From: Auanema rhodensis
Taxonomy: Eukaryota; Animalia; Nematoda
Direction: 5' to 3'
Length of the DNA stretch: 64,000 nucleotides
Assembly: GCA_964057225.1 (NCBI GenBank)
Contig: OZ059894.1
Coordinates: 10,106,001 to 10,170,000 of the forward strand
Position numbers and translations under genes: made by a program. The notes beneath the pieces were generated by a model that was not told the origin of the DNA, made no database searches, and worked only from the letters and a program-made list of their open reading frames with translations. This document shows positions 21,811 to 35,400 of the stretch, in pieces. Each line of letters starts with the position of its first letter. Position 1 is the stretch's first letter.

Positions 21811-24800
21811 TCATTCTTCGAGACTATTTTCTTCTACATGTAAGCTAGACTCTTCTTCATCGAGTTCTTCGTCGTCATGTTCTGGATCATGCTCATCCTC
21901 ATTTTCTTCATTATCATGAGATATTCCAGCAATACGGGCACTGCTATTTCCCATTTGCTGTTTTCTGAAACAATATTTGCCTCATTTCATTTTGAAAAAT
22001 TGTATGTGCTTACAGCTTCTCGATATCTTGGGCAGTTGGAATGGGCATGTCAACGAAGAAATTGGAATAACATTTTTTGATGGTCCCCTTGATATCTTCA
22101 GCAAATTTCAGACGATTGTCAACAGCACGGTCGTTACTGTCATGAACTTCGCGGACGTGGCGAGTTACGGCGTCTCTATTCGAAGCTCCCTGAAAGGTTA
22201 TGGTTAATGATTCGCGAAAAACACGTGCATGACTTACGAAATCGCACTTAGGACAAAGGAAAAGAAGCTGGTCCATATGAGTATAAGCATGCTCACCCAA
22301 TCTCGAGCTTGTTAACTTTCCACATAACTCACATGAAGCAACCTCGGTAGTTTTCTTCTTATAGTAATGGGCACCACCGAGAAGAAGACTGATCTGGAAT
22401 GAAAACCATGCATTGCAAAACATAAAGACGAGAAGAGAATGCAGCCGTTCTGGGCAGGAAAGTCGAGATGTTATAACCGACGCATACCTCTCTCAGCTTA
22501 GCCATTTCCAATTTCTTGACTTTCGACGCCGGACGACGTAGACCGAAACGTGGGAATCTACCATTAGATCGCCTTTTACGGGCGGGTGTTCGGGATGGTG
22601 AAGATTCCTAATGTTCACATATTAGCTAACACAAAATTTTGTTAATTGAAACCTCATCAACAACGTCTTCTTTAGCACTCAATGGATCTGATTCAACTTT
22701 GACTTCAGTAGATGAAACTTCGGCTTTAACAACCGATGACTGGTTTTGGGAAGCGGCAAATTCTGGTTGGTTTTCCGCTTCGATGTAAGTTTCCGCTACG
22801 GTATCAATATCGTCAAGAGTCAGAATCGGTTCTTCATCCTGGAACTCGGTGGAGTTCGTCTCATCTTGTTCGCTGTTAGTCCCTTCACCGTCATCTTTTC
22901 TCCTTTTCTGGACAAGTTAATAAGCGATTAACTATACACCAAGCACCCATACAAAGATGAAAAGGATCTACAACTCACCGATGATGGGATAGTCACTGGA
23001 ATCTTGCTACGACGTTTGTTATCCTGGGAAAACAGGGCTTGGAATCCAAAACATTTCTCTGACATCTGTTTAACTTCATCTTCATACTCCTGAAAGATTA
23101 AAAACTTCGTGTGCGCCTCTCAATCAAGAATCTTACATTTATACGGTCTTGAACTACATCTTCGGTACCATGTTCTTTCTTGCCGTGGGTTTGCACGGAC
23201 TGTGAACGATCATGGCCGAAATTACAAAACTTGCAAATATATCTATTAATGCCCATATCTTTAGCCATATGCCACAAGATGTGGAAACCCCGAATCTGAA
23301 AGAAACATTTAGTTCCATCTAGTAAAAAAATAAAGCGAAGCTTACTCTGTTTTGCATGGTTTTGCCGCACAGACGGCACTCCAAAGGATGCTCATCATCG
23401 GTGATTCCGCGATTTGTCAACATGGAGTTAGACATTGTGGCGGGAGACTTAGTTGCACCGGAGTTCAGCCCCCGAGCCTATAGTTAAACCTTACGTTACA
23501 GTATAGTTATAAGTTAATCGCAATGAGTAGCAATGCTTACCTTATTAGCTGCTTGTTGAGCTTGATAAGCAGCTTCAGCTTTAACGGCAGTTGGTCCAGG
23601 TGTGCTTCCATTTTTGGTGCCCAAAAGTTCCATTGAGAGTTCCTGAAAAAAAAACAATTCACTAAAATCCTATGAAAGGTAAAAAGCTGGTGTGAAAAAG
23701 CTATGTATGATTGAGCTATAGGTTTTCTTTGATAATTTTCAAGTACAAGCTGCTGAGAGAAAGAGAGAGAAAGAGAGAGAGAGTTCAAAAGTTCAGCGAA
23801 AACCAAATGTTAACCAGCTTAGACTCTAATATCAAAGAACATACAGCACAAGAAACAATGAAAGAATCTACACAAAAGCATTCCTAAACTATCGACTTAT
23901 TTTAAAGCTTAACAGAAATTTTGAAGTGAAAAGATAGTACACGGAACACGAACAAAACTCATATCACGTTCAATGTTGCTTGAAATAAGTAACTTCGAAC
24001 CGGGTTAGTTCTCAGGCAACACAACAGGACTTAACTAAAAAGCGAAAAAAAACATGCAGAGGTTAGGGAAGAAATATATATATAAATAACTATTAAACAG
24101 AGGAACTAAATGTGAGCTCCTAGCTTTGCGATAGATATTGAAAGATAGAGACAGCGAGAGACCTGTTAGTGTGCCTGAGAACTCACCTGTGGTGGAAAAA
24201 TGGCGGATATCAGAGATCGGTTGGATACAAAAAGCTCATGATTCAACTCCTGAAATCACGAGACAACACTGATAACCAACAATAATGATGCAGTTTGGCG
24301 ATATATATATATTCATCTGCCTTCACAAGTCACTCGGGTGGCTGACATGTAGACAAAGATGTCCTATCATTACCTATCATACAGGGCAGTTTTTTCAAAT
24401 TAAAAAGAACAGGGCTTCGACTTGTCTCACAGTAAGTTTACAAACTGGTCAGACATATTTAAGATTCCGTGACACGCGAACTTTAAGAGAATCATCGGAC
24501 GTTTCGGTTCTCGGATGCCAAACATAGAGCAGAACAAGCAAAAAAACGACTTTAAAAGAAAAGCAAGAATCATATCGACATCAGTCAAGTCAGTCAGTCA
24601 GTCACAGAGGATAACAAAAAAAGAAACTGAGTATTACCTGACAGCGCTGGAACAGCTCTAGTGAACGGTCTTCCATCATATCAGGGTCGATCTTTCCGTG
24701 AACTTTCGATTGGTGATTTTCCATCTGGTCTTTACGATAATGCTCTACCTGACAACCCTCAAACTTGCAACGGAATCGATAAGTCTAAAATTCTCCAAAT

Positions 24801-26477
24801 TAACCCAACATCTACTAGATGAAACCAATAACCCCATGATCTTTGGCTAAATGGAAAAACATATGCATCTGACGAGCACCCGCTGTTACTGGTTTATTGC
24901 ACTTGCTACATTCTCCTAATACACGCTTTTTGCTGACTCTTAAGAAAGAAAAATTCATAAGATAAATCCAAACTTTAACGCACTGGCTGGATTTAGAACT
25001 ATTTAAACGCTTCTCAGATGCAGCTTCTTCAATACGTCCATCTGACTGGCCAAACAGAGCAGCTACATCATCAAGAACAGATCTGAAACAAAGTTAAGTA
25101 ACTTTCATTAAAAAAGTTAAAACTAACAATGGGTTGAGTCCTTCTAATACATTCTCATCGCCATATCCATCGAGTTCAGAATCGTTGTGACTAGCTTCCA
25201 TCAACTGATCAATATCGGCTTTAAGTTTCTTAGCATTAAACAAGGAAGAAAGTGGATTAACGTCATCTAACACTGAAAATTACAAGTTTAATAAGGAGAA
25301 AAGCCGCTTAAAAGCTGAAGCGCGCTTAAATGAAAACTGCCCACGTAAAACACGTAAACCACGTAATTACGCAAATAAGGAAAATTTGAAATGAATAAAG
25401 GTTATGAATGGTCTGACAAAGCAGTGAACGAATAGCGTAAGATATTATAAAATTGCTTTGTATTCACCTTCACCCTCAATAATGGCTCCAGCGGCAGTAG
25501 CAGCCCGACTAATACAAGCAAGCAGAGCATCAGTACTGGATGAACCTTCGGTAATTTCAACATGGGGACGTTTACGACCTTCTGAAACTGAACCAGGCAT
25601 GGGCTCAGCAGGTGGAGACTCAGATAAGTCGAACTTTCCATTTTTGAAGTTCTGGAGAAGTAAAAATTAAAGAAGGATAATAAGAAATTGGTATACTTCA
25701 TCTCTAATATTGACAGCAAATGAATTCTTTAGATTGTTTAATTGATTTAAAGAATTATTGGAAATAGTATTATTCTTCTTGTCTTTCGTCGATGAGTCAG
25801 ATTTACGACGAGAAATAGCATTACTTAATGAACGATCCATAAGAGTTTGTAACTCTCGTTTCGCTGCCACATTATCAGCGTATATAAACTGGAAATATAT
25901 AAAATATTTACGAATGAAAACAATAATACACATACCTTGTGCATAACTTTTCTGTGCATGACGTGAACATGCTCTCGCATTTGGGCATCTGATGCACGTT
26001 CGCAAAGACAAATTGGGCATTGGAATGGCAGCCATCGAAGATGCTCTGTTTTGATATGTACCTAGAAACTCCTATAGTTCAGCACAATGGAGGAAATGAG
26101 CTAATACCTCCATATCTTCCGAACTATTCTTTTCGAGGCCACAGTCATCACAAATTAATGTCATGAGAGGAGTATTATTATATATTGAACTAGGATCACT
26201 AGGCTCATCCGTAAGTACCGTATTCATATTTTCGGATGCCTAAAAGAGCAATTTTTACTTAAAAGCAGTTGAAAAACAAATGGATACCCCGTTTTGTTGC
26301 TTTTGTAAACGAGCAGCTATATCCTCTATACCGCAATTTTTAGAAATCTGCAAATTGTCAATGAGATTCAAAATCTATTCTGTTTCATACTTGGCCTAAT
26401 GCTGCAGAGGTCGTTCCTCCAAGAAGTTGCTTAACCATCATCTGCCCTCTTGATTGCATCAGTTCGGGTGGGTACAT
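21811..26477 (-). CDS. Multi-exon C2H2 zinc-finger protein with four paired-finger modules and an acidic C-terminal tail
   Basis: ATG at 26477 (MYPPELMQSRGQMMVKQLLGG). Finger pairs: CDDC..HIKTEH / CPIC..HVHVMH; CSKC..HMFFH / CKFEGC..HQSKVH; CRLC..HILWH / CKFC..HGKKEH; CELC..HAYTH / CPKC..HVREVH. Each pair is followed by D-(N/R) and a predicted helix. Introns are canonical GT-AG. The D/E-rich last exon ends in TGA at 21811-21813. Orthologue not recognised with certainty. Confidence 0.9.
24003..24187 (-). promoter_or_regulatory. Intronic inverted repeat / pre-mRNA stem covering the cassette-exon 5' splice site
   Basis: 24003-24028 (ggttagttctcaggcaacacaacagg) is the reverse complement of 24162-24187 (cctgttagtgtgcctgagaactcacc) at 24 positions, with one mismatch and two 1-nt bulges. 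Confidence 0.8.
24187..24249 (-). CDS. Frame-preserving 63-nt cassette exon of the zinc-finger gene (ELNHELFVSNRSLISAIFPPQ)
   Basis: TTTCAG acceptor and CAG|GTGAGT donor, phase 0/0 matching both neighbouring exons, no stop codon. Lies in the gene's only ~1-kb intron. Confidence 0.75.
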
Positions 26478-29400
26478 TCAGCACATTCACCTGGAAAATA
26501 CGTCATCTTGAAAAGAGTTTTTGGTAGAAAAGCGGGAGAAACAGAAAGAACGCGATAACAGTATTGTAAGAAACCAAGAAAAAAAGATAGTGTCGCAGAG
26601 CATATCAGTCATCAGACTACAAACTATTTGTCAATACGCTGCAAAAATGCTCCAGATAGGTTAAGAGTCATTCTGAGATTTCATAATATGGTTACATACA
26701 GAAAATGAGAACATAAACCATAAAGATACGATGTAAACACCACAAAAACAATGAGAAACAATCAGAGAAATCGAGGAAAAATCGATCAAAAATTAAAGAG
26801 AAAGAAGAACAGAAACACAACCGCCAAGAGTCTTCAACACATACCAGATTAACAAAATATAAGAATTGCTGTTCAAATGGATATCGAAGAAAAGTAACCA
26901 CCGACACTACGTATTAATACGTGAGGGATTCTTAGGAGACATTTTCTCCACAAAGAAATAAAGACTTTGTTGAAACTTTATTGTGAATTTCACGAATATG
27001 TCGATCAGTGGAAATAAGAATAAGAATAAGATGATGATGATAATGATGAACGAATAGATGATTTTAGAAGACGGGAGAACAAGATGATGATGACCAGGAG
27101 CGGTCCGAAAAGATAGTTTTGAGACGGAGATGTGGTCATGACGATGTGGGACAAGGGAAGGCCAGCGAAGATGAAGATGATGACGACGAATTGACGTGAA
27201 CGACTACAACGATGAAGAATCTGGACGTATGGTATTGAACGGAATGCATTTGTTGACGAGGAGCGAACAGTGGATGAATATATGGATTGAACGGAACGAA
27301 TCGGCAGCTACGACGACGTACAACACTGACATTCAAGGAACTAGTTCCAACTGGCAAATGAAGACCAAGATGGTCAGATTAGCTGGGTCGCTATGAATTT
27401 GAATCGCTTTTCGAGTGTCAAGCAGCAAAAATGGAATTGTTGTCATATTAATAAATACCTCAGCTGATAGAATATGGACAAAATACTAAGAAGAGAATGA
27501 AGATGAAGAGTCATATGCCCTCGAATATGATATTGAATGCGACTAGTGTGTGAGAACGTCCACCCATTAAGATGCTGATTAAGGAACATGTGGTAGACGT
27601 TTTGAAAAAACCATGGATTTCACAATTCAAATTTCTGGGAACTGAAAGCCAAAAGATGCCGATGATGTCGCGTTGTTCACGGCTCAATGATCAGATTCTG
27701 TCTGATCCAACGGTTGTCAGAAGAGTAAATGGACGAGCTTCAAAGACATGGTGTGGCAGAAGATAGAATACGAGAGGATGTGAAATGATTGTATGAAGCA
27801 GAAGAGCGAAAGTAAGAGAGAGAGAAGAACACCTGCGTACATATATGAAGATGCAGACTTCACCCTATGCCTCTCTTGGCCAGGGTTGAATTGGTTCAGA
27901 AGTGAATCAGACTGGGGAGGTTGCTGATAACGTACTATGTGAGGCCACAAACTTCTGTGTCAAATAAAAGGCAAACATATAGGCTGCAGCGGTGAAAGAG
28001 TATGATAGATATAAAGGTATGATAAAGCGAAAGCAGAGAGAAGCAGATGAAAAGAAAAAGAGAGAGAGAGAGAGAGAAAGAGAGAGAATGGCGAGGTGGC
28101 GTGCAGGCATGAATAGATGCTCTCTGCTCTGTAGGACAGCAGTTGCTGCACAGGCACCTTTGGCCTGATTCTGGAGTCATGAGACGGCCTCGTCCGTTTG
28201 GCTTATCATCCGAGCAGAAGAGGACAGGCGAGGTTAAGCAAGAGAAGTAGGGCATTGAAGAGAATGGAGAGTAAATTGATACCAATGAAATTACTATTGA
28301 TACCCTTTTGTGCTAAACTTCCAGATTTCGAATATAGAAAGAATGAATAAGTGGACTTTTTCCCAATTTTCGATGAGAAAATCAGGAAAGAGGTTTAGAG
28401 GGTAGTGGGCGTGCATCACCAGACATCTGGAAGATGTAGCCAATTTTGAATGTTATTGATAATCGGCTAGATTCGTGATATGGAAATAGAATGTAGGCAA
28501 AGAAAAGATAATGTGAAGCCGTGAAGCTGAGGATTGTTACGAGAAACGAAGAAATGAGAATGAAAGACAGAACAGGCGATTGGAAGAAATGGGCCACACG
28601 GAACAGTTGTTCAGATGAGAAGGGTTCTGTCCGCTCCAACCTCACAGAAGAGCAAGATGAACCAATGGAAAATGGTTTAGAGACAATGACGAAGTGAGAG
28701 AATCAAAGATGCGATGGTGAGGGAAACTCATCGTTGAATCCATCCGCCGTCATCTGTTACAGCCTGCCCGCGTCATTCGACGTCGTCAGGAGGACTAGAA
28801 CCCAGAAGCATAGAAATAGATAAACGTTTCAGTGAAGAAAGAGATGATGAAGAAGAAGAAGATAGGAGGAAATGAAGAATACGCTAGGAAAATCTAAAGA
28901 AAAGACAACCGTAGACGTGGGGCCAACGAGTGACACCATACCATCTCAGTAGACAACTGAACAGTCAATCAATGCTAGGGGCGCCTCCGACTCTTTTCTG
29001 TCAAGGACGAAGATCGTGCGCTCCATCCACACCATCGTCCAGTATCCTCAAACTGAGCGTCATGATAGAAGGCTTCATACAAATTGGGAAATAGCCATGC
29101 TTTCACCACCCACAAGTTAAGCCACCATGACAGGAATAGAGTGCTGGGTGGGTGGAAAACGCTGTAGAAGGTTGCAACGGTGAATACATCATGAATATAA
29201 GACGATGGCCAGAATTCCTTATCAGCCATGTTAAAGTGGATAGCAAGGTCGATAGACATAAGATCCTCGATACTACTCATCCTCAGGAAAGTTAATTATG
29301 AAGAATAAAGTGAGAATGACAAGGACACCAGCTTCTGTTATCAGTATGTAAGGTTGAGCGGTGAATGTGAAACATGACGAAGAGTCTGACGACATCCAGC

Positions 29401-32400
29401 GATGAAGCATTGAACTAGTGTCAAACCTCTTCTGCTCAATCACTTTCTGATTGATAGAATGTTGGTTAGCAAGAATGCAGAGAGAAGAGAATGTGAGGTA
29501 AGCAACAAGATAGAGATAGAAGGAGAGAAATAGAATGTAGTATATATGTAGAAAGGAGCTGATGATAGCACACTGACAAAGTAGAACAGGCATGTAAACT
29601 AAGCGGCAACGATGAATCAAAAGATGACGCTGGTTTGAACACATTTCTTGAATTTTGGTTGTGAATTGACCAACATCAACATCACCGTCGTCATCTTAAT
29701 CATCTGAATTGGTACGATTGAAAACCTCAAGAAGAATCGTGGGGCGACAATTTCTTTTGTGAGGAGATGTACGACCAGGTTGGAGATGTGACCCCAATTC
29801 AGGAAACGACGACATAGTCATCGTCGTCGGATTGTTCCCAAGAAGTTGAAATGCTTGACGATGGGTGAGCCTCGGAATGAGAGAGAGAGAAAGGATAAGT
29901 CAACTAGCTCGATGTGGCCGTTCTGACATTCTTGGTGACGACAGATGTGACTCCACCCATTTAAGTTTGTCATCGAAGAGTCATTGCGTCTTCATCATCA
30001 AAAGCCATAAGACGAGGAACTGATGGTTCTAATAGTACGTAGAAGAAGCTAACTGAAACTGCCTGAGCAGGAAGAGATATAGAGATGAAGAATAAGAAAA
30101 AAAAGAAGAAGAGATAATAATTGAAAGAAGGAGGACATAGAATGACAGAATGAGAAGAAGATACAACATAGAAGCATGATGGGTTTGAAGAGACACGCAG
30201 AGGATTGAAAGACAGACGAACAACATCAATGGGAGAATAGAGAAGACGAGAAGAGGAAGAGAATGAGTGTCTTGGCCGTTGGCAGCATACATAGATTCAC
30301 AGACCAAGTCAGCTTCGAAGGATAAGAAGATGAGGGAATGGAAGAGCAAAGCGGCCGAGTTGAGTGTATCCTTCTGCAGCGACACCACCAACGCTGACGG
30401 CAAGGATGACGACGTCAATGAAATGCTCTCTATATTCCCGCTTCCGCTTCATTCATACATCTCATTCACGTTCACAGTTTCTGCTTCATCAGCATTAGCT
30501 TCATCTTTTTTGAATGTGGTGAAAACCTTCAGAAAAAATGAAGAGCATAGGCCCGTTGCAGTGAATGAATGAAGATTAGCTTGAAGTTGTCCGTCATTGT
30601 CATGGAGATGATTTCAACGTAGCTGATGACAACGACAACTAAGCAGCAAAGATGAGTGAGAAGCAGCATATAAATCTTATGAAAAGAGATTGAGAGAAGA
30701 GCGCTCTGAGTGAATTGGAGGTATTAGGAAGACGACACTTTAGGCAAACGAGCAACCAAAAAGCTTGATATCAATATTGATTTGAAATAGTTATAATTCT
30801 GAAGGTAAAAAAAAAGATAAAAAGAGAAATGATTGGTGATGACATTCGGAAATTACGAAAGAAACAACTGTGGTGTGGTGTGTGTATGTGTATGAGAGAG
30901 GCGTTTCTTTCTCTCGCTCCTCTTCATTTTTCAACTTAAAGTGTGCGTGTATGTGAAAGAAAATTCATCTTCGACCATGTACGATCTGATTCTGAATGTC
31001 GCGATAGGTTCAGCAATTCGCTCGCGACTGATGACACGACGTCAAACGGAGGACCGACAACAGAGATACGAGGAACAAGCGATTAGGAAATATGTTGTTC
31101 ACAACATCGTTCGATAGCTGTACTGGTTACAGGTAACAAGGAGCTCGTTGAGCGGTGGACGAAAAAAAAAACGATTGATGCAGATAGGTGGGAAGAGTGG
31201 TAGCCAGGAAAGGAACTCTAGGAGAAAAAATTGAAGACAGAAAGATAGAGAGAGAGAGCGAGCGAGCGAGGGGCGAGAGGGGTGGTGAGGGGAAAATAAA
31301 ATACATATATTTCATCTTGTGGAAGAAACAAGCACAACATTCTGCAGGTATATTGTGAAAACGATAATTTGACGACAATGTTTGAAGGCTGATTGACTGA
31401 CTCGTTGCATAGACCAGCGAGGAAATAACAGGCACGCAGTCAAATGATCATCATCGGACGCTCAACCTTCCACGTCGTCTTCAAATGCATCGTTGTCGAC
31501 GACCAGATGGATCTGTTCGTTCTCTTCAACTTGCTTTCTCTCTCTCTCTCCCTTAGAAATATTGGATTACAGTTAAAAAGAGGAGAAGAGAAAGAAGACA
31601 GAAAGTTGTTGTTGCAATTTAGAGCGTAGAGAGGTGCAATGGTTGTAACGAGAAGAGGAATGCTGATCTCAGAATCTGCTGACGATACGCTCAGATGTTG
31701 CTCTCAAAGAGATAGATAGGGGAGAAAAGCTATTCAGAAAGTAGGGAAACGAGAGAGAATATGTGGAGAGACCAATAGGCATTTGCGATAGCAGGAGCCG
31801 GAGTGATGCATGATAAGAAGGATGACGTTTACTGCTGAATCAGTTATGCATTGAAGACGAAGCATCGAAGGAAAAGCGTCTTATGTGAGAAGGAATGAAA
31901 GGCCAGCAGAAGAAGACGAGAAAAAGGAATGTGAAGAACATGACGAGAGAAAGTGGAAAGAGCAGTCGTCTTGTCCGTCATTCAGATGCTCACTGATGCC
32001 GTCGGGAGAGTAGAGCTGGCATCAGGCTGAAAGCAGTCCGTCAGTCATTCAGATGACGCTAGACGACATCGGATAAACTTCAGATTTGCTGGCGATGTGG
32101 ATATTCGTGTATTTTCCGACATCCCGAGGGACTGTCGTTGTACAGCAAGATGGGCCATAAGAACGAGACAAGAGGAAGAAGCAAAGCGACCACAAAGACC
32201 TGGCTCATGAATACATCCTCTTGTTCGCAGCCAACCGAGAAGAGCACCCCGCGACAGCTAGGAACTTTGGGGTGACAAGGCACAGAACAGAAAAAGAGAT
32301 CAAGATTGGATGAAATAGAAACATAGGAATACATAAAAAGGGCAGAACCGCTAGGCTTGAGAGTTTGAAGTTACAGAATAAAAGAAGAATTCAGCTGTTT

Positions 32401-35400
32401 TTGCTTCTCACCACGATAACTGAAGTCACACGTTTGCGCGTGGGCCAGACAGTGGTGATTCAAAAACAGTTCTAATGCGAAGACTTTAAAGATAAAATCG
32501 AGAAGTAATGTTCAGAATAAAAAGCGGCATAGGAGAATTATGGGTTATCATGTTGGGAGGCATATCGCCACAGAATTTCATTGGCCAACAAACAATTCTA
32601 GTGATATCAATAGACTTGCACGTCGACGAAACAAGTGATAGAAGAGATAACATGAGAATCGAATAGTGAAAATGGCGAATTCTTTGCAGTTGACTTACTT
32701 CTGCTACGAAGCACAAAGCACGGTATCACTCGAGAGATGAAGACTGCAGGGGGTGAGATCGAAAGACCTGGAGACAGCAGAGGAAGGATGAAACAGAGTT
32801 GGAGATGAAAAGAGCTCAACTGGTCTCTTCTGGTCTCTCGAAGAGACGACAACTAATCCGACACTCGTCCAGCTACAAGAGGGCCAGATGACGTGACGAG
32901 CGGAAAATAGAACCTTGCTCATATGTATGAAACGATGATGCTGTATGAATGCTGAAAGACCAGGAGCCACGAAGCGCACAAGAGTTGACGTGGCACCATC
33001 CGTTATCTCCACAATCTCCTCTAAACTCAGCGCAACAGACGTTGCATGTGTGAACAGTTGTTTCCAATAAATGCTCCTCCATTCAGCTTCATCCACACCG
33101 CCATCACCAGCATCATCATCATCATCAGCAGCAGTAGCAGCAGCCCACAGCATCATAGCTACCATCATCATCATCCACATCGACTTCAGCAGAAATAGCA
33201 GCAGTAGGAGACTTCAACGTTGCTTTTCCGATGGGATAAATGGGAAGAAGGAAGAGGGGGGAGGAAAAGAGGAGGAGGGGGTGGAAGGAAAGTGAGCAAG
33301 AAATGAACCGAAGATAACACTAAGTAGTAGAAGCTGGCCAGGAGAGAATATCCAACATTTCACGTAATTCAACGATTTTATGAGATTTTCGAGAGATGAT
33401 GGAAAGCATTCAACTGCTTTTACACTTTTTTGTCAAAAAAATCATATTTTCACTGTTGCTTACCATCTTTGGAATAGACACAGACAGGCTAAATTGCTAG
33501 TCTTCACCGAGGCAACCGACAGAATTTCGATGTTCTCAACCAAATTATGAATACTGTGTTCTAGTTATGAACGGCTTGTTGCTGTCGGGCCGCGAAATTT
33601 TCAAGCAGTTAGCTCGTCAGATCGTTCGATTGTTAGACAGGCAAAAAGGCTGACAGAGAAACTTTTAAACGGACGACAGAGATATGAGGCAACGACGACG
33701 TCGTCTTGACGAAGACAACCACGACGCCAGCCACGACGACATGGGCAAATAAGTGAAGAAGCATGGGAAGAGACGATACGCCGAGATGCCAACGTATTGA
33801 CTTGACATCGGTCTCTGCTCTTCGATAATCATCACCCAAATGAAAGTTGACGACTACGACGCAGATGAAGATGACAAATGAGAAAATGCCGTTGGAGATG
33901 CTACAGCGTGAGACAAGAGAGCAGAATAAGGAATAAAAAAGAAAAAGGAAGACTTTCAATGAGAAAAAGCATGGGGTCAGTTAATATGGAGACCCAGTTG
34001 ATACCATGTAAGACTTAACAGGAGGCCGACCTACACAACGGTTTGGGCACGCTGCCAATGGGTCACTCAAACCTCATTCAGGCTCCAGGACACCATCATG
34101 AGTTGAGTCGTTGGGCTGAAGAAGTTAGTGGCTCGCAAGTAAAAATAAGAGTTGAAAGAGAACAAAGTGGGATAAGCTGACTAAGTACAAAGCGGATAGC
34201 CACAAGACTACAACGTTTTAGCTGATTGTTAAGACGTAGGTTGAGATAGCTTCAGAAGGAGTGGAAAGTGAAAGAAGCGAAGAAATGATGGGAAGGAAGG
34301 AAGGAATAAAGGAATAAGATGTCGAAAAAAAGAAAAAAGAAGAAGAGGAAAAAGATGAAGAAGAAGAAGAAAACCAAGGAGAAGAAGGAGAAGAAGAATC
34401 GATAGAAGACGACGTCAGACTCTTGCTTCCACATCGTCCGACGCCAATAAAGCCACATACATACACACACACACACACATACACACAACAGCTGGTCGAC
34501 GACGAAATATGTGTGTGTGTGTGTGCGTGTGTAGGGCACTTATGGCTGTGGATCATAAAATAGCGTTGACAACGTAGACGACAATGTAGAAACTACGACG
34601 ACGACGATGAAGATGAAGATGATTATGATTATAATGAGGATGAGCATTATGATTGCCGGTGTTGCTGACTATGGTGAACGATAAGCATAGGCTGCAGCAA
34701 TGAACAAGCTGGTGAAGAGGACTTACGAGACTATATGCAGAGAGAGAAGAACGATTACGAGAACCTCAATAGACCGATGATGAAGTAAAAGAGAATCAAC
34801 ATACACACACGTACAGACAGCTAGATAGATAGATAGATAGATATATAGAAAGAAAGAGCAAAGCACCGAGAATACATCATAAGCCCACAGACGATGCCAT
34901 TGAACGTTGACGATAACGGGCTATGATGTGTCTGGGGCAATGGTGATGATGACAGAATGTGTGTGTATGTGTGTTTAAACACGGTATCTCTTCCACTCTC
35001 TACTTGCTATCCCTCACTCTCTGTATGTATCTCTCACCCTCTCTTTCTCTCTCTTTTTCCCTCTCTTACTATCTCTTTGTGCGATGAAATGTGTATACAG
35101 TATGGAATACCATATAGACCAGAACGTCATCAGATTATGATATACATATACTGGAATAGCAATACAGATGAAAAGCGAGTGAATGATATGAGGAGATAGG
35201 CATCAAGCGAATATTGGGGACAAGAGAGTGAAAGGAGGACGAGAAACAGAAGAGTGAGGATCAGCAGCAACCACGGTTCGCCGTCGATGGGAGAATAAGC
35301 ATGGTTGATGATCGAGCGATGCATTGAAAGCGAGAGGCTAGTTGCAGCTCAAGCAGCAGGTGGGTCGCCTCTCAACGTTGACGAGGATGACAACTGAATA

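Noticed and set aside
28975-29280. 101-aa minus-strand ORF in the gene-free block
   Set aside because: No recognisable motif or splice context, and the length is attainable by chance at this GC content.
30580-30618. miR-46/47-like 5' end (TGTCATGGAG) in a hairpin
   Set aside because: The seed sits in the terminal loop of a stem too short for a pre-miRNA, and the 3' half does not match.
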